Origin: Somniosus microcephalus
Taxonomy: Eukaryota
Assembly (NCBI GenBank): GCA_052327205.1
Contig: CM126215.1
Location: 11,532,001 to 11,596,000 of the forward strand
DNA length: 64,000 nucleotides
Direction of reading: 5' to 3'
The notes under the pieces are model-generated. The model did not search any database and was not told the DNA's origin. It was given only the letters and a program-made list of their open reading frames with translations. Shown one piece after another: positions 38,716-51,103 of this stretch. The position numbers were made by a program, and so were the translations under genes. Each line of letters starts with the position of its first letter. Positions within the stretch are counted from its first letter, which is position 1.

Positions 38716-39852
38716 CTAGAAGTGACGTTCAATAAGCCGCCGACGGGCGGCCCTTGGACCTTGTGCGTCCCTCCTGGGCTGGTACTCCTCGTCCTCGTCG
38801 TCCTCATGCTCCTCCTCCTGAGGTGGTGGTCCAACGTGAGGTGGCAGTGCCTGAGTCCTGCGGATAGCCAGGTTGTGCAGCATGCAGCAAACGACGACGA
38901 ATTGGGAGACTCGATCCTGCGAATACTGGAGGGCTCCCCCGGAGTGATCGAGACAGCGGAACCGTTGCTTGAGCACGCCGATTGTTTGTTCTATGAGGTT
39001 CGTCGTTGCTTGATGGCTCTCGTTGTATGCCTCTTCAGCAGGGGTCGTGGGCGCGCGGAGCAGGGTCATGAGCCAGGTACACAAAGGATAGCCTTTGTCC
39101 CCGATAAGCCATCCTCTTGGGGGAGGCTGTGCCTGGAACATGTCAGCCACAGTTGTCTGTCGCAGGATAAAGGCATCGTGGCTGCTGCCTGGAAAGCGGG
39201 CATTGACAGCTAGGATGCGCTGCCTGTGGTCACACACCAGCTGTACATTGAGGGAATGGTAGCTCTTCCGGTTGCGGTAATCCTCGGCATGCTCAAGAGG
39301 TGCCCGCAAAGCCACATGCGTGCAGTCAATGGCGCCCTGCACCATGGGGAAGCCCGCTATTCTTGCAAACCCCACTGCACGCTGCTGCTGCTTGTCCAGG
39401 GTCATGGGGAAGGAGATGAATTGATGTCTCCTTCTGAAAAGGGCTTCGGTCACCTGGCGGATGCAGCAATGCACGGCGAACTGGGAGATGTTAGCGATGT
39501 CCCCAGTAGCGGATTGGAAGGAGCCGGAGGCATAGAAGTTGAGAGCCACCGTCACCTTCACTGCCACCGACAGAGACGTCCTGCGCATCAGCTGTGGCTG
39601 CAGATCTCTCTGAAGCAGCCGGCAGATGTCTGCAACCACCTCCCTTCGGAATCGCAGCCTCCTAACACACATCGCGGCAGACATGGTCAGATAGGAGGTC
39701 TGCTGGCGGTATACCCTGCGTGGGTAAGGCCTCAGTTGGCGACGCCTGTTGCCCCCTCTGCATCTAGCCAGGGCTGCCACTCTCTCACGGCGTCTGTAAG
39801 CCCTTCTGGCATAAGGCTGAAATTCAGCGTTGCCACCCAATGCAGCCCCCAT
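38716..39852 (-). CDS. Harbinger (HARBI1-like) DDE transposase, 378 aa from the first ATG, intronless and open
   Basis: Motifs FYASGSFQ, GAIDCTH, NRKSYHSLNVQ, FPGSSHD, GDKGYP, IEQTIGVLKQRFRCL; the ORF-track start at 40008 is TTG and the first ATG is at 39852. Confidence 0.93.
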   Translation of the reverse strand: MGAALGGNAEFQPYARRAYRRRERVAALARCRGGNRRRQLRPYPRRVYRQQTSYLTMSAAMCVRRLRFRREVVADICRLLQRDLQPQLMRRTSLSVAVKVTVALNFYASGSFQSATGDIANISQFAVHCCIRQVTEALFRRRHQFISFPMTLDKQQQRAVGFARIAGFPMVQGAIDCTHVALRAPLEHAEDYRNRKSYHSLNVQLVCDHRQRILAVNARFPGSSHDAFILRQTTVADMFQAQPPPRGWLIGDKGYPLCTWLMTLLRAPTTPAEEAYNESHQATTNLIEQTIGVLKQRFRCLDHSGGALQYSQDRVSQFVVVCCMLHNLAIRRTQALPPHVGPPPQEEEHEDDEDEEYQPRRDAQGPRAARRRLIERHF

Positions 39853-42800
39853 TATATGCTGGCAGACACTGAGCTCTGAATGAAGGCAAAGATAATTGGT
39901 AAGCTCTGGCCTGAGCCAAAAATACCTGTCCAAGTGTTGGTCCAAACCAGTAAACTCTCCTCCTTGGTCTCTGTCCAAAAAACCGTTGCACAAGAGTGAA
40001 TGCTGCAAAATGGCTGGCCTTTATACTGCTGGGTAAGTGCCCTTTAATTTGCGCTCCCCGCGGCCCGGCTGGGCTGTGTACCATTCCACTTCACAGTCGC
40101 TCGGGCCGCCCGGCGCACAATGGGCCGGCGCGAGTGAAGTTCCGGTTCGGGGCGCACAAAAGGCGTTGCACTAGCAAATGACGTCATGATGTGCGCGCGC
40201 AGCAGGGCGCGCGCTAAGACTTTGCGTCGGCGCTAAATGTGTACTGAAGTTGGGGCGAGGCGCAGATCGCGCTGCGCCCGGCCGCTAAGCGCCTAGCACT
40301 CGAAATCTACTCCTCCTAAGGCGCTAACGGCTGCCGCGCCCAACTGAATTTCTAGGCCAGAGACTCTTTCCACAGCCTGACTGTTTAAAAAAACGCTAGG
40401 GGAAGAAAAAAAACCTAACAAAACGGCTGCTGATTTCTGCCGTTAGGTCGAGGTTTCCGGCTCCCCCTGCTCCGTATCTGAATTCCTTGACTTAGCGGGG
40501 GTCTGGGGCTCGACTGCCGCTGCCAGTTGTGGGAAAGCCGGATATCGGCTGACTCCTACATTAAGCTGGCCCGCAAATCAGGTTGGGGGGGGGCGGGCGG
40601 AAGAAAAGACTATCGGACGGGCCGCTGCAGCTATCGGACGGGCCGCTGTATTGTTGGGTTCACTCTCCCGGTACCTCCTTCACACTGCCCGGCTCGGCCT
40701 GCAATCTCCTACCCAGGAGGGAACTCTGTGACCCTCTGCCCTGCTCACAGGGAATGGCAGAGCTCCCGGACCACTCCTGTCATGTTTGGCGCCACTCGGG
40801 TCATGTCGTGCGCACTACTTACGCTCCACGAAAAAACTTTAGGTTTTTAGAGGTTTTCGGTTTTCGGAAGTGCGGATAAAGGACAGTCTACCTGTACTAA
40901 GTTCCCAGTACTTGCAATGCGCCTTACTGATGGTACTTTCCAGGATCTGAGCATGCCGCAGTTGATGGCAGATATTGACAGTAAGCGGCCTGGCAAAATC
41001 TCACTCTTTTGCCTTAATAAAGAAATAAAATTGGGAGTTCACGTAGCTTGACTATTTTTCAGCTGCGAAAATAAATCAAATAGGAAATAAATTGGCGCAT
41101 TAAGTGTAGCAGGCAGTTCTTTGGGTTTGGGTGGGTTTATTGAGACATCTTGGGCAGTAACTGTAATGGTGACTATTCAGAGCTGGGTCTGTAACTGTAT
41201 CCAGTAAACAACAGTTTTTAAACCGCTGTGGTGAGTTATCTCAACTTGTTTTAAAATTTAACATTCATCAGAAGGAAAACAATAATGCATGAAATTTCAA
41301 CTTTATTTATTTCAGCTACGATCTCACTGCCTCCCTGTTTCTAGCCCCATACTCCTCCCAGGTTCCTAGCTCCTGTAGTGGGTTCAGCCTGCGTCTGGTC
41401 CCAGACTTTGGACCTGCTGTACAGCGGTATTCTACATATTATTAATAATGGTGTGTCCTGTCATCTTTCCATTCAAAAATCCTATGTAAACTGTGTCTAT
41501 GGTTTTTTTCATATTAATTGTATTCTCATCTGGTAACACCTGCCCGGTCATGTTTTTAAATAGGATTTTCTCATTGATATGACAGCTTGTGACTCTCCAG
41601 TTCCACAATCTGGCCGCCCGGTGGCAGTGTGGAGCAGATTTTCCCATCTTCGAATTTTTTTTATGCGCCATTTTTCTTCTCAAGAATAATTTCCAAAGTA
41701 AGGGTTTAAACAAAATTAAAAATTTAAAAAATGACACTTCACAATAACGTATTTAAATGTATCTACTGAATTGCCTTTTAATGCCTTCATTAAAGTTTTT
41801 ACTTGATGGCCTGAGCCTTTCTGAAAAGCGTAAGCTCTGACTGTACAGTTAGACCCCCAGCTGAGAAAGCTTTCCATTATATCTGTGCAATCTGTGTATG
41901 TGCAGTTGTTCAAATTTTCCAGAATGTAATCTGTGCATCAACAGGAACCGAAGGGTAGAAGGGTGTCTGTCTCTTCTTTTCCTGTGGAAGTATGAAAGTT
42001 TCTTTGCCTTTTCCAAAAAGCTTCGAGAGACCCTGGAGATTTAATTCTTGTTGTTTTCATTTTAGGCAAGTGATGAATTTATAGTAAATATATTACAATT
42101 GTGCTTTCTTATTATGGACTCCTCGCAGATAAACAGAATCAGCAATCGTGAGCACGGCCAGCTTTTATCACACAACAGTGTGAATAATAACATAGTTGAT
42201 GCTTATAAAAGAAAACAGATTGTTTATGGAGAAAGTATTTATGTTTAGACAAACATTGCTATCGGTTGTATATATTTAGTTAAATAATCTCTCTTTAGAC
42301 CTAACAACTTATATAAAAACTTGGAAACTTTATAAGCGATAAACTTTTGGTGTATTACATGGAAATTTATGTTAATGGAAGGCTGTATAAGTGCACAAAC
42401 TCATTAATAGTGCACTGCTGGCGCACGGCAGGAGAGCACAGCAAGAGATTCTGCACAATCCGCCCATGGTTTTCTATCCATTAACTTTACTAAGCAGAAA
42501 ATGTAATATTTTGAAGACAAGAACATAAAAATAGGAACAGCTAATAACTAGAAAGAGTGGTGGTAGGGGTATCTAACATGGGGGAACACGTGGAGGGGAT
42601 GGGCTGGGTACTAATGGTTCATAAGGAGCTAATGGCAGTTTGCCGTTCTCCTGGAGCCCTTGTCCCCCCAGAAGGGCATTAAGCTCTGCTCCCACTTCCA
42701 AATCCTAGCAACGCCCAATGCTCCAAAATCTTCTCCCGAGTTCCCCCGCCTCAGACTTTCACCCTGACACTCCTAGATCCCATAAGACCTCTGAGTGCTC

Positions 42801-43055
42801 TGGAGTATTCTCCAGATTACATTCCTTCTACCCCCAGGCCATGCCCCTAGTTCCCAGGATCCTTCTCCCGACAATCCCACATTCTAGTGTTCCTGGAACA
42901 CTGGCAGTCCATTCCCAGTAGTCCCAGAACTCAGGAACCCAACTCGAAGTACTGCTAGACACTGAGGCCTCATCCTAAAAGTCCCAGATCTCAGGGCTAC
43001 CCACAGTGCTGATAAACTCATGTCCCTGGTGATACTACTTTCCATAATACCCCTG

Positions 43056-43282
43056 TGTCATGAATCTCGCCATTCATGTAGAAATGACTCATGGGATAAC
43101 ACTGGGCGGCCTGCTGGGGACGCCGTCCAGGGAAAGTATAAATACTCGGGCGTGGGCCCAGCTTGCTCAGGATGTTTCTGTAACCAGGAACTAGTGATGC
43201 AACTAGAACTCATGGTTGTGAAACAGTTGATTAAAGCCTTGTTTTACACTCAAACCAAGTGCTTAGTAGTTTTCTTACGTCA
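43056..43282 (+). mobile_element. Solo LTR, 227 bp, same family as 24323-24549
   Basis: TGTCA...CGTCA termini, 5-bp TSD CCCTG, TATAAATA and ATTAAA. Confidence 0.85.
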
Positions 43283-43707
43283 CCCTGTTCTTATAAAACC
43301 CCCGACTCACTGTCTGCAATGCAGTTTAATACCTACTAGTAGTAATAATAACTAGTCACTGAAGTTATAATAAAGGCAGTCCATAGCAGTAATGTGTACA
43401 AGTATGCTGATAAGATAAATATTTCTAAATTATATTATAATAAATATATGCAACTGAAGCATTATTCTGCCTGTTACCATCAGGACTTTCCCAATTTATG
43501 GTGCCATACTTTTCGATTTGTTTGTTTCATAATTGTAACAAAACAAATATAAACATTTGGAATCTTTATATTTTGTAATATAATTCTAAATGGTTACAGC
43601 CGCTGCCTACCTTTGGTTTGCAATGTGAGCTCAAAAATAAGTGTCTTTATGTAACAGTAGTATTTTATTTATCTTCCAGGAACCAATCAGGAAACACTTG
43701 ATTCAAT

Positions 43708-46183
43708 GGGGGGGTTAAATTGGATAACCCTGAAAACGGGTGCAGGGATCGCGATGCGCGATTAACCCCCGCCCATTGATTGAAATGCAGGCAGGATGCT
43801 AAATTCGTGCTGCCTGCGCATTACTATGATTTCTGCATGCAGCCAGCGCTCCCCGTGCTGTTCATTGGCTGCACACATCAGCAGGGCAGCCCAATATCAT
43901 GAGTGCCTAGCACTACTTAAAGCTAGCCTGCACCTCTTAAAAGGGAGGTGCATTGTGGCTGCTGGAGGTGCTGAAGTAATTGGGAATAATGTGCTGTGCA
44001 ACAAAGAACAATGGCTGATCATGGGAGGGAGCGGGTACCAAGGTTTTCGGATGTTGCACTGGAGGTCCTGGTTGAAAAGGTGGAATGAAGGAGAGGTGTC
44101 TTGTATCCTCAGGGAAGTGGGAGGCCCTCCAGGCACTTGCTCAGGAGGCAGTGGCAAGAGATAGCCATGGAGGTCAATGCCAGGAGTATAGCACCAAGTG
44201 CCGCAAGAAGTTTAATGATCTCACATGAGTGGTCAAGGTGAGTGAATTCATCTTCAAATGCCATTATCCCACCATCTGCACCACCAGCCTCAGCCGCTGC
44301 TCAATTCACCACACCCCCATCGCTCACCGACCAACAATCTCTATCAATCTGGACACATACCCAACATTCATATGCTTCACCTCATGCTCACACACTTAGC
44401 ACTGTTGCATGCCTCAAACCCACACCTCGCAGTTTGCACACACTGGCAGCTATTCAACTATGACAGCCACATCACCCAAACAGATTGCACGACACTCACA
44501 GACACACATCCCTCTCTCGTGCAGGAGAAGGTGGCGCACAACCAGAGGCAGCAGAAACTAACCAGAGGGGGGAGGTGCACCTGCATGTTCTAACCCCCAT
44601 GGAGGAGATGCTGTTAGCCATTATGGGAAGGGCCATTGCTGAGGCTGTGGCCACCAGTGGGGCTGAAGCGACAGAAGAAGAGGATATCTGCATACTTAAT
44701 CCTCCATCTCTCATCCAACGTCAGCCTCATCCCTCAATCTCTTCTGGCTGAGAAGCTGCAGATGGTGTAAGCAGGCATTTCTTACTTCTCCTCTCCCTTC
44801 ACCACAACCCAGCCCTTGCCCCTTTTTCCTTTCAGATACACAAGAACTGGAAACTGCCCAGGCAGTAGAGGAAGAGCAATAAGACAGTGAAGATGAAGGG
44901 ACACCATCACTCGATTTCATAGTTGCAGCCACCAGCTCAGATACTGACAGTGCGCGTAATTTAGAGGACAGCATAGAGGCGGGATCTGCATGTGGTGAGA
45001 CAACGGGCACAAGTGCACTGGAGCCAGGGCTAGGGGAAAGGATAGTGCAGATGCCAGCTCGCTGGAGGGCAAGATCACGCGTTAGTTCTGCTGCAGAGAA
45101 CTCAGATGAGGACTTCGATGGGCCAGGCTACAGAAGAAGGCTGATGGGTGTACACATCCTAATGCTGGTACACTGGGAAGCCTGCCAGAAAGCCAGCGTT
45201 CAATGCCAAGGAGTATGGAGGAGTCCAGCACCAACTTTGCACAGGGCCATGCGCAGAGCTTGGAGCCCATCGTTTCCAACATGGGACAGGTGGCCACCTC
45301 CATCAGCACACCTGTGGAGCCAACCACGATGCAGCGTCTGATGGCCGAAGTCTCAGCTCCCACCACAGCATAAGCAGCATCCACCCAACATCTGAGTGCT
45401 GCAGTGGAAGCTCAGACTGCCGTCATGGAAGCTCAGCTTGCTGCCATCATGGCTCTGTGCGCAAAGGGGCGCCAGGCCATCACGGCGCTCCAACTATCTG
45501 TTCTCCAGCAGTTTTGCTCCCTAAAGACTCTCTGCGGATATGGCCTCCTGCCGAGAGCCCTTCTCCCCCTCCTCCTCCTCCCTCTTGTCCTATTGTGTGT
45601 GGCATCTGCGCATTCTCCCAGTCATGCTTAATGCCAAGAGGAAGCCCTACTAGGCCACCCATTTCTGGAAGCAACTGGTTTGTACACAAGCCTTTAAGTC
45701 ACCAAAAAAGAACTTGCTGCACCAGCCACACCACTCCCTGTAGAGTACTGTAACTTCTGGCGAGTTATGGAATAGCACCCAGAACATGTAGAATTGCAGC
45801 AACAGCCACAAGAAATAAACCAGCAACTAACCTGTAAGTAGTTCATGATCTCTTTAAATAGCACTGGTGGGGGTTCCTTCATGCTATTCAATGTCGTGTT
45901 CAGCTGTGCGAGGTTAAGACAGGGCACAGGCTGGAGCGTGGAGGAGCTTCAAAATGGCAGCGCTGGCATCAAATCAGCATTACACGCTGACTGACGTCAC
46001 GATCGGCCTGCTCTGCATGCTGCTGGCAGATGTTAGGTGCACGCGCGCAAACACCTTTATGAAGATGGTGTCCGGCGCACTCCCTGTTAGAAGTGCAGCA
46101 CGGATGCCATTTTCGATGCTTCAGGGGCCTCATAGCGCCCCCCCCCAAAAAAAATGGGCGTCACAGAGCCCAATTCTGAACCC
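43708..46183. mobile_element. Degenerate Harbinger retaining a decayed three-exon Myb-like gene and only a stub of the transposase side
   Basis: GGGGGTTAAATTGG ... CCAATTCTGAACCC termini; PRFSDVALEVLVEKVE and CRKKFNDLT..|GTGAGT near 44035-44245; further exon-like blocks after CAG acceptors near 44525 and 44835. Confidence 0.75.
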
Positions 46184-46979
46184 ATAGTCATTCGGCTATT
46201 TTCTTAAAAAAAAATCTTTCTAAACGATTTCTGTGGAACTATATAAATCTCCCCCCACTTTCAGACATAGCAACCCATTCTCTTGAAACAGAGTAAAAAA
46301 ATGTCTCAATAGGAGTAATGTCATGGGAAATGTGAAATAAAAAACATTCAAATATCTGTTTGAAGTTTCTTCCTGGTAGCTTCTAGATGAGGAACCTAGA
46401 GAGCCAAGCTTTTAGCTCCCATCAAAATGTTCTCATATTGGAGCTCGAAGGTTATTTCAGCAATTACTGTCACAAGCAGTTCTTGTGGACATATTTTGGA
46501 GCGTAATCTAATTTTAATGGAAAGCAGATGCTGTTTGCTGTAACACTTATGCTCTTGTGGACAATTTTCTTTTAATAAATTATCGTCATGACTAGGTTGG
46601 CGCAAATAAAATTTGAAGGTATTCTCCAGGATAAGGCGCTTCTTCAATTATTCATTTGGTAAAAACAGATCCATGTTTTAATTTTAAAAAGAAAATGTAT
46701 ATTTGTCTAGAGCTTTGGAAAAATACCCAGGACTAGAAATTCGGCTCGGTCAGTAGTGCAAAACCGGGTGGTATTGGATCAGCCGATTGTTATACGCAGC
46801 GCCTGATATTCAGTTCCACTGAATGTTTTCAGCACTTCCTGATAGTGGTGCTTGTTGAAAGCGGCAGGAATTCTGGGACCCAATCTAAATAAAATCTCAT
46901 GTCTCAACATCTATTCCTGGAGGCCCTGCGAAGAGTGTATACTCAACTGCAAGGCCAGCTATTTCACACAATCATAAAA

Positions 46980-48005
46980 CCATACAGCACCGTAGCGGGC
47001 CATTGGGCCCATCGGGCTTGGTGCCAGCTCTCTGAAACAGCTACCAATTGGTCCCAGTCTCCCCCTGCTCTTGCCCCCATAGCCCCTTGCAAATTTTCCC
47101 CTCTTAAGTATTTTATCTAATTCCCTTTTGAAAGTTACTACTGAATCTGCTTCCACCGCCCTTTCAGGCAGTGCATTTCCCGATCACAACAACTCGCTGA
47201 GTTAAAAAAAAAGATTCTCCTCATCGCCCCACCTACTTCACGGTGAGTTGAATTTTTTTGCAATTACATAATTTCCTCTTCATGAGAAAAATGGATCTGA
47301 TGTGTCAACTGAAGATATTTACTGCCAAAGATTTAATAATTGTGGCGTTGTTTCTTTTCCAATTGTTAATCTTTTATTGAGTGCAAATGGTGTCAATTTT
47401 TCTTTTTCAGGTTATTGCTTTCCTGACTTTACAATTGATCCTCTTAATACATCAAAAAACAAGAGTTTCAGTAACTAAAACGTATGATTAAGTAAGTAGC
47501 TGCCTCTCCATTACTCTAAGAATATACAAGATCTCATATTAAAAAAGTAAGGAATATTTTGGGGGTTGGGGTTAATGTAACACTTTACGTTTCAAGTGCG
47601 TTGTAACAGGAGTAGGCCATTCAGCCCTTCAAGCCCGCTCCTCCATTCAATTAGATCATGGCTGCTCTGTACCGTAAATCCAGTTACCCGCCTTGTTCCA
47701 TATCCCTTGATACCCTTATCTAATGAAAATCTGTGGATTTCAGTCTTGAAAAGTTCAATGGGCCCAGCATCCACAGCCTCTGCGGGAGGGAATTCCAGAT
47801 TTCTACTCATCTTTGTGTGAAAATGTGCTTCTGCATTTCACTGCTAAATGGCCTGGCTCAAATTTTAAGATTGTGCCTCCTTATCTGGGTTCTCCCACCA
47901 GGGGAAATATTGTCCTTGTTTCGAATCCCTTTATCATTTTAATCACCTCCAATAGATCACCCCTCAACCGTCGAAACTCAAGGGAATGCAAGCCAACTTT
48001 GTGTG
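46980..48005 (-). mobile_element. Two CR1 3' fragments (about 46980-47225 and 47600-48005)
   Basis: ORFs 46959-47156 and 47592-47810 resemble the CR1 ORF2 C-terminus (FKRELDK, FKTEI..KGIKGYG). Confidence 0.7.
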
Positions 48006-49476
48006 AGCATCAAGCAGCTAGATGTTGTACCCGACCTGGGAGTGCCTGATTCACACTCAGCCCAGCAGCACTTTAATCCCAATATGCGTCTCCTTATTTA
48101 AAAGATCACTTTTTGGCATGCTTCATTTATTTAGATAGAAATTTCTAGTCTCATCCTGCGCAATTAAGCAGTACCGAACTACTGAATAGATTTTATAAGC
48201 TATGAAAAAGTGTAGGAGTTACAACACAATTTTATATTCACTAAAATCATGAATAAATAATAAAAACTGACAGAAATGCCCATTTGCAGATGCTTAAAAG
48301 GGTTAAATGATGATATTTGCAGCAGCACTTGATTTGCTTTCTGGAAAATTTAAGTTCTTGCCATAATGCTTAGTCTCAAACACATAAGATTAATTTAAAA
48401 AAAATAAGTGCTTTATTTGAAGTTCCACCTTATTCCCATGTGCACAGACAAGCTATCATCAGGTTGAATAGCTGCACAGAAATAATTAATTTTAACACAG
48501 TAGCTCAAATTGTATCAAATTAAAAAGTGATTTCTGCTAGAATCCTTATTTTGCTAAATTTATTGATTTAAACCAAATTAACTGTCGAGGGATAAATATG
48601 TGTAGTGTAAATAAAACACGCGTGCTTCTAATACCAGGATAGGAGGAGAGAGTTCATTCTTTTGTATTCCTCGAAAGGTGAGATGCATCAATGCCGGTGA
48701 ATTAAACACGCACCAAGTAACACTATCAACTAGGTCAATAGTACATGTCGGATGGATAGGAAAGCCCTCTATATTGCCATAACTCAGAAAGGCACCTTTT
48801 CTGTACTAGTCATTTTTTTTGTTGCTCTCCACGTCAGCCATCCTGAAATAAAACTACTCATTTCTGCGGAATTGCAGACAAATTTATGCTTTAGCCCTCA
48901 CCTAATACAAAATGGGCCAGGGTTAAGAATGTCTCAATTCTCTCTGAGTCGGGCCTTATGTGCAGGATACTTGCAGCAAGAATGGTTACCTACATACCGT
49001 CAATCTGGATCAGATTCGAATCTAGTTCTTGGAGATGGCAGGATGACGTGCTAATCCACTGCAAAACCCAGGGTTCTCAAGACTTATTCACTTGACCCGT
49101 GTTTAAATTAAATGCGTCCGAATTTCACAATTTGCATACCTCAGTAGAATCAATAACCATGATGTCACTCGTTCCAAGCAACTGCTGTAAAACTGGTTTT
49201 AAATATTTAAAAATAATAATAATCACATCTACCCTTACTTCTTTCATCTAAACAAACAAAATGGGGATTACAAATTGGCAATTGTACATCATTGTAATAT
49301 AAAGTGTAACTCATCAATTCCCATTGATTATCCTTCCAAACATCCTATCATGTTCATGTTGACATGTTAGTTTTTTTTTTAATAGTTTGTTGCCATAGCT
49401 AATTACAAATTACACCTGAAATCCTCCATTGATCAGTAATGTAAAAGTTGTTGGTTTATTGCAGAATACAACTTAC

Positions 49477-49536
49477 ATTTTCAGTCGTTCCAGTGATTAC
49501 ATGTAGACCATCATATGTTGATTTGATGTACATGCC
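49477..49536 (-). CDS. CNKSR2: CNKSR2 coding exon (60 nt): GMYIKSTYDGLHVITGTTEN
   Basis: Acceptor ...TGTCCCTGTCCCCTAG, donor GTAAGT, phase 0; too short to appear in the ORF track. Confidence 0.93.
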
Positions 49537-51103
49537 CTAGGGGACAGGGACAAAGAAAGAGACAAATAAATATATATCATACTTTCAAAAGAATTTATTT
49601 ACTCTTATCACCATAACAGTTAAGAGAAGTCACACTAAACTAATTTCAAGTAAAAGAGATTGGATTGAATTTTAATACTTACTCTCAGTATTCCAAAATA
49701 ATTCCACTTCAACAACTCGCAAATAGCACATTTTAAGTGTAATAGTTCTGTTATGACTGAACATAACTTAAATCCTAACTACACTGTCACTTAATTTACC
49801 TCTGCTGATACAGTGACAGGGCTATAACAATTGGTCACGGTAGATGTTGTTAGTGTTACCTATTTATGTCATAGACACATCGATAACAACAGTTCTACTC
49901 TTCCAATAACTTGACACATACACTGAGAAAGAAAAATACAGGATTAACATGACTTTGGTCTCTGTAAAGGGGTGGAATTTACCTTTTCTTTTAAAAATCT
50001 CAAAACATTAATTTTTAAAAAGCATTTAAAACACTCAGCACTCCTTGGTCGGGTACAGCAAAGGCTAGATATGGAGAAAGACGTTCTCCCCATTTCCCCC
50101 AATAATGTTCCCTAATCCCAATTTGTCCAGAACATCCCCTGTTGCACCACTATGAAATTGATTTCCCAGAATTGATATCGCTCATCTTGATCAACTAACC
50201 AAAAAATCTTTTTTTTTGGATCCTCAGACATACATGAAGGTTTACAGGAACCAGATTTCCGACATGAAGGTAGGAAAAATAGTAGGGAATGGGCGGATAA
50301 TCTGAAATATAAAATTCTCACATTTATCATATATACTATCATGTAACAGAATTTTGTAGATTGCCCAGTCTTGTACAGCACATCAGAACCAAATAAAACA
50401 TAACTTTTTCCCCCAAAATCACCAGAGAAGTGACTATATTCTAACGCTTTAATGAAAGTCGCAGAGAATGGGCACTGCTACAAGAGGAAGTGGCAAATCT
50501 TGCTGCACCAGCACCATCAATAAATCTGTTCTATCTTTAAACTACACTATTATATGTAAACAGATTGAATGCATTTGGGTATCTAAATCACAGAAGACAG
50601 GTTCATCAGCCAACATACTGGTATCCAGTCAACTAAATTAAACTTGTAAATATGAAAATCTCCCAACCAAACATTGCATACATTATTTTAGTGAATAGTT
50701 TAAAAATGCATTGCTGCCTTGAATATTAAATGTAGTCTTAAACATCAAAATTCATATATTCCAATGAAATTGGCATTTTCATGTACTGGTAAATTGTACT
50801 TCAGTAGAATAGTTCCACATAATTTCCAGATGAAGTGAAGCATGTTTGGTTTGGTAAGTCTGACCAAAAGATGAATTATCTTTTTATTTTAAAAAATGTA
50901 TAAATATCTAAATGCACATGGACAATGTATTGTATCCTACGTTATGACATTTAAGAGGCTGCATCATATCTTACTTAGCAAAATTGGATTTTCTCTTTGA
51001 ACCTTTGTTTAAAAATCATGTTCGAACCATAAATGTTTAATCGTTTTTTTAGAAAAAGGATTTTTTTACCCTCTCATTTCCTGAAGGTGATGACTCTCAC
51101 GCC

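Larger units (their letters stand above)
35935..40358. mobile_element. Full-length PIF/Harbinger DNA transposon, 4424 bp
   Basis: Perfect 14-bp TIR GGCCTAGAAATTCA / TGAATTTCTAGGCC, TSD AGA, convergent Myb-like and transposase genes, CpG-rich. Confidence 0.95.
35767..40894. mobile_element. TA-flanked MITE (17221 family) interrupted by the autonomous Harbinger
   Basis: TA|CAAGTAGACTGTCCTTTATCCG ... CGGATAAAGGACAGTCTACCTG|TA. Confidence 0.88.

Noticed and set aside
38722-39879. Plus-strand ORFs antisense to the transposase
   Set aside because: Shadow ORFs of GC-rich coding sequence with no recognisable motifs.
38716-40008. Domesticated host gene HARBI1
   Set aside because: The ORF lies between TIRs with a TSD and a Myb partner inside another gene's intron, so it is a transposon copy; the 52-codon extension starts at TTG.
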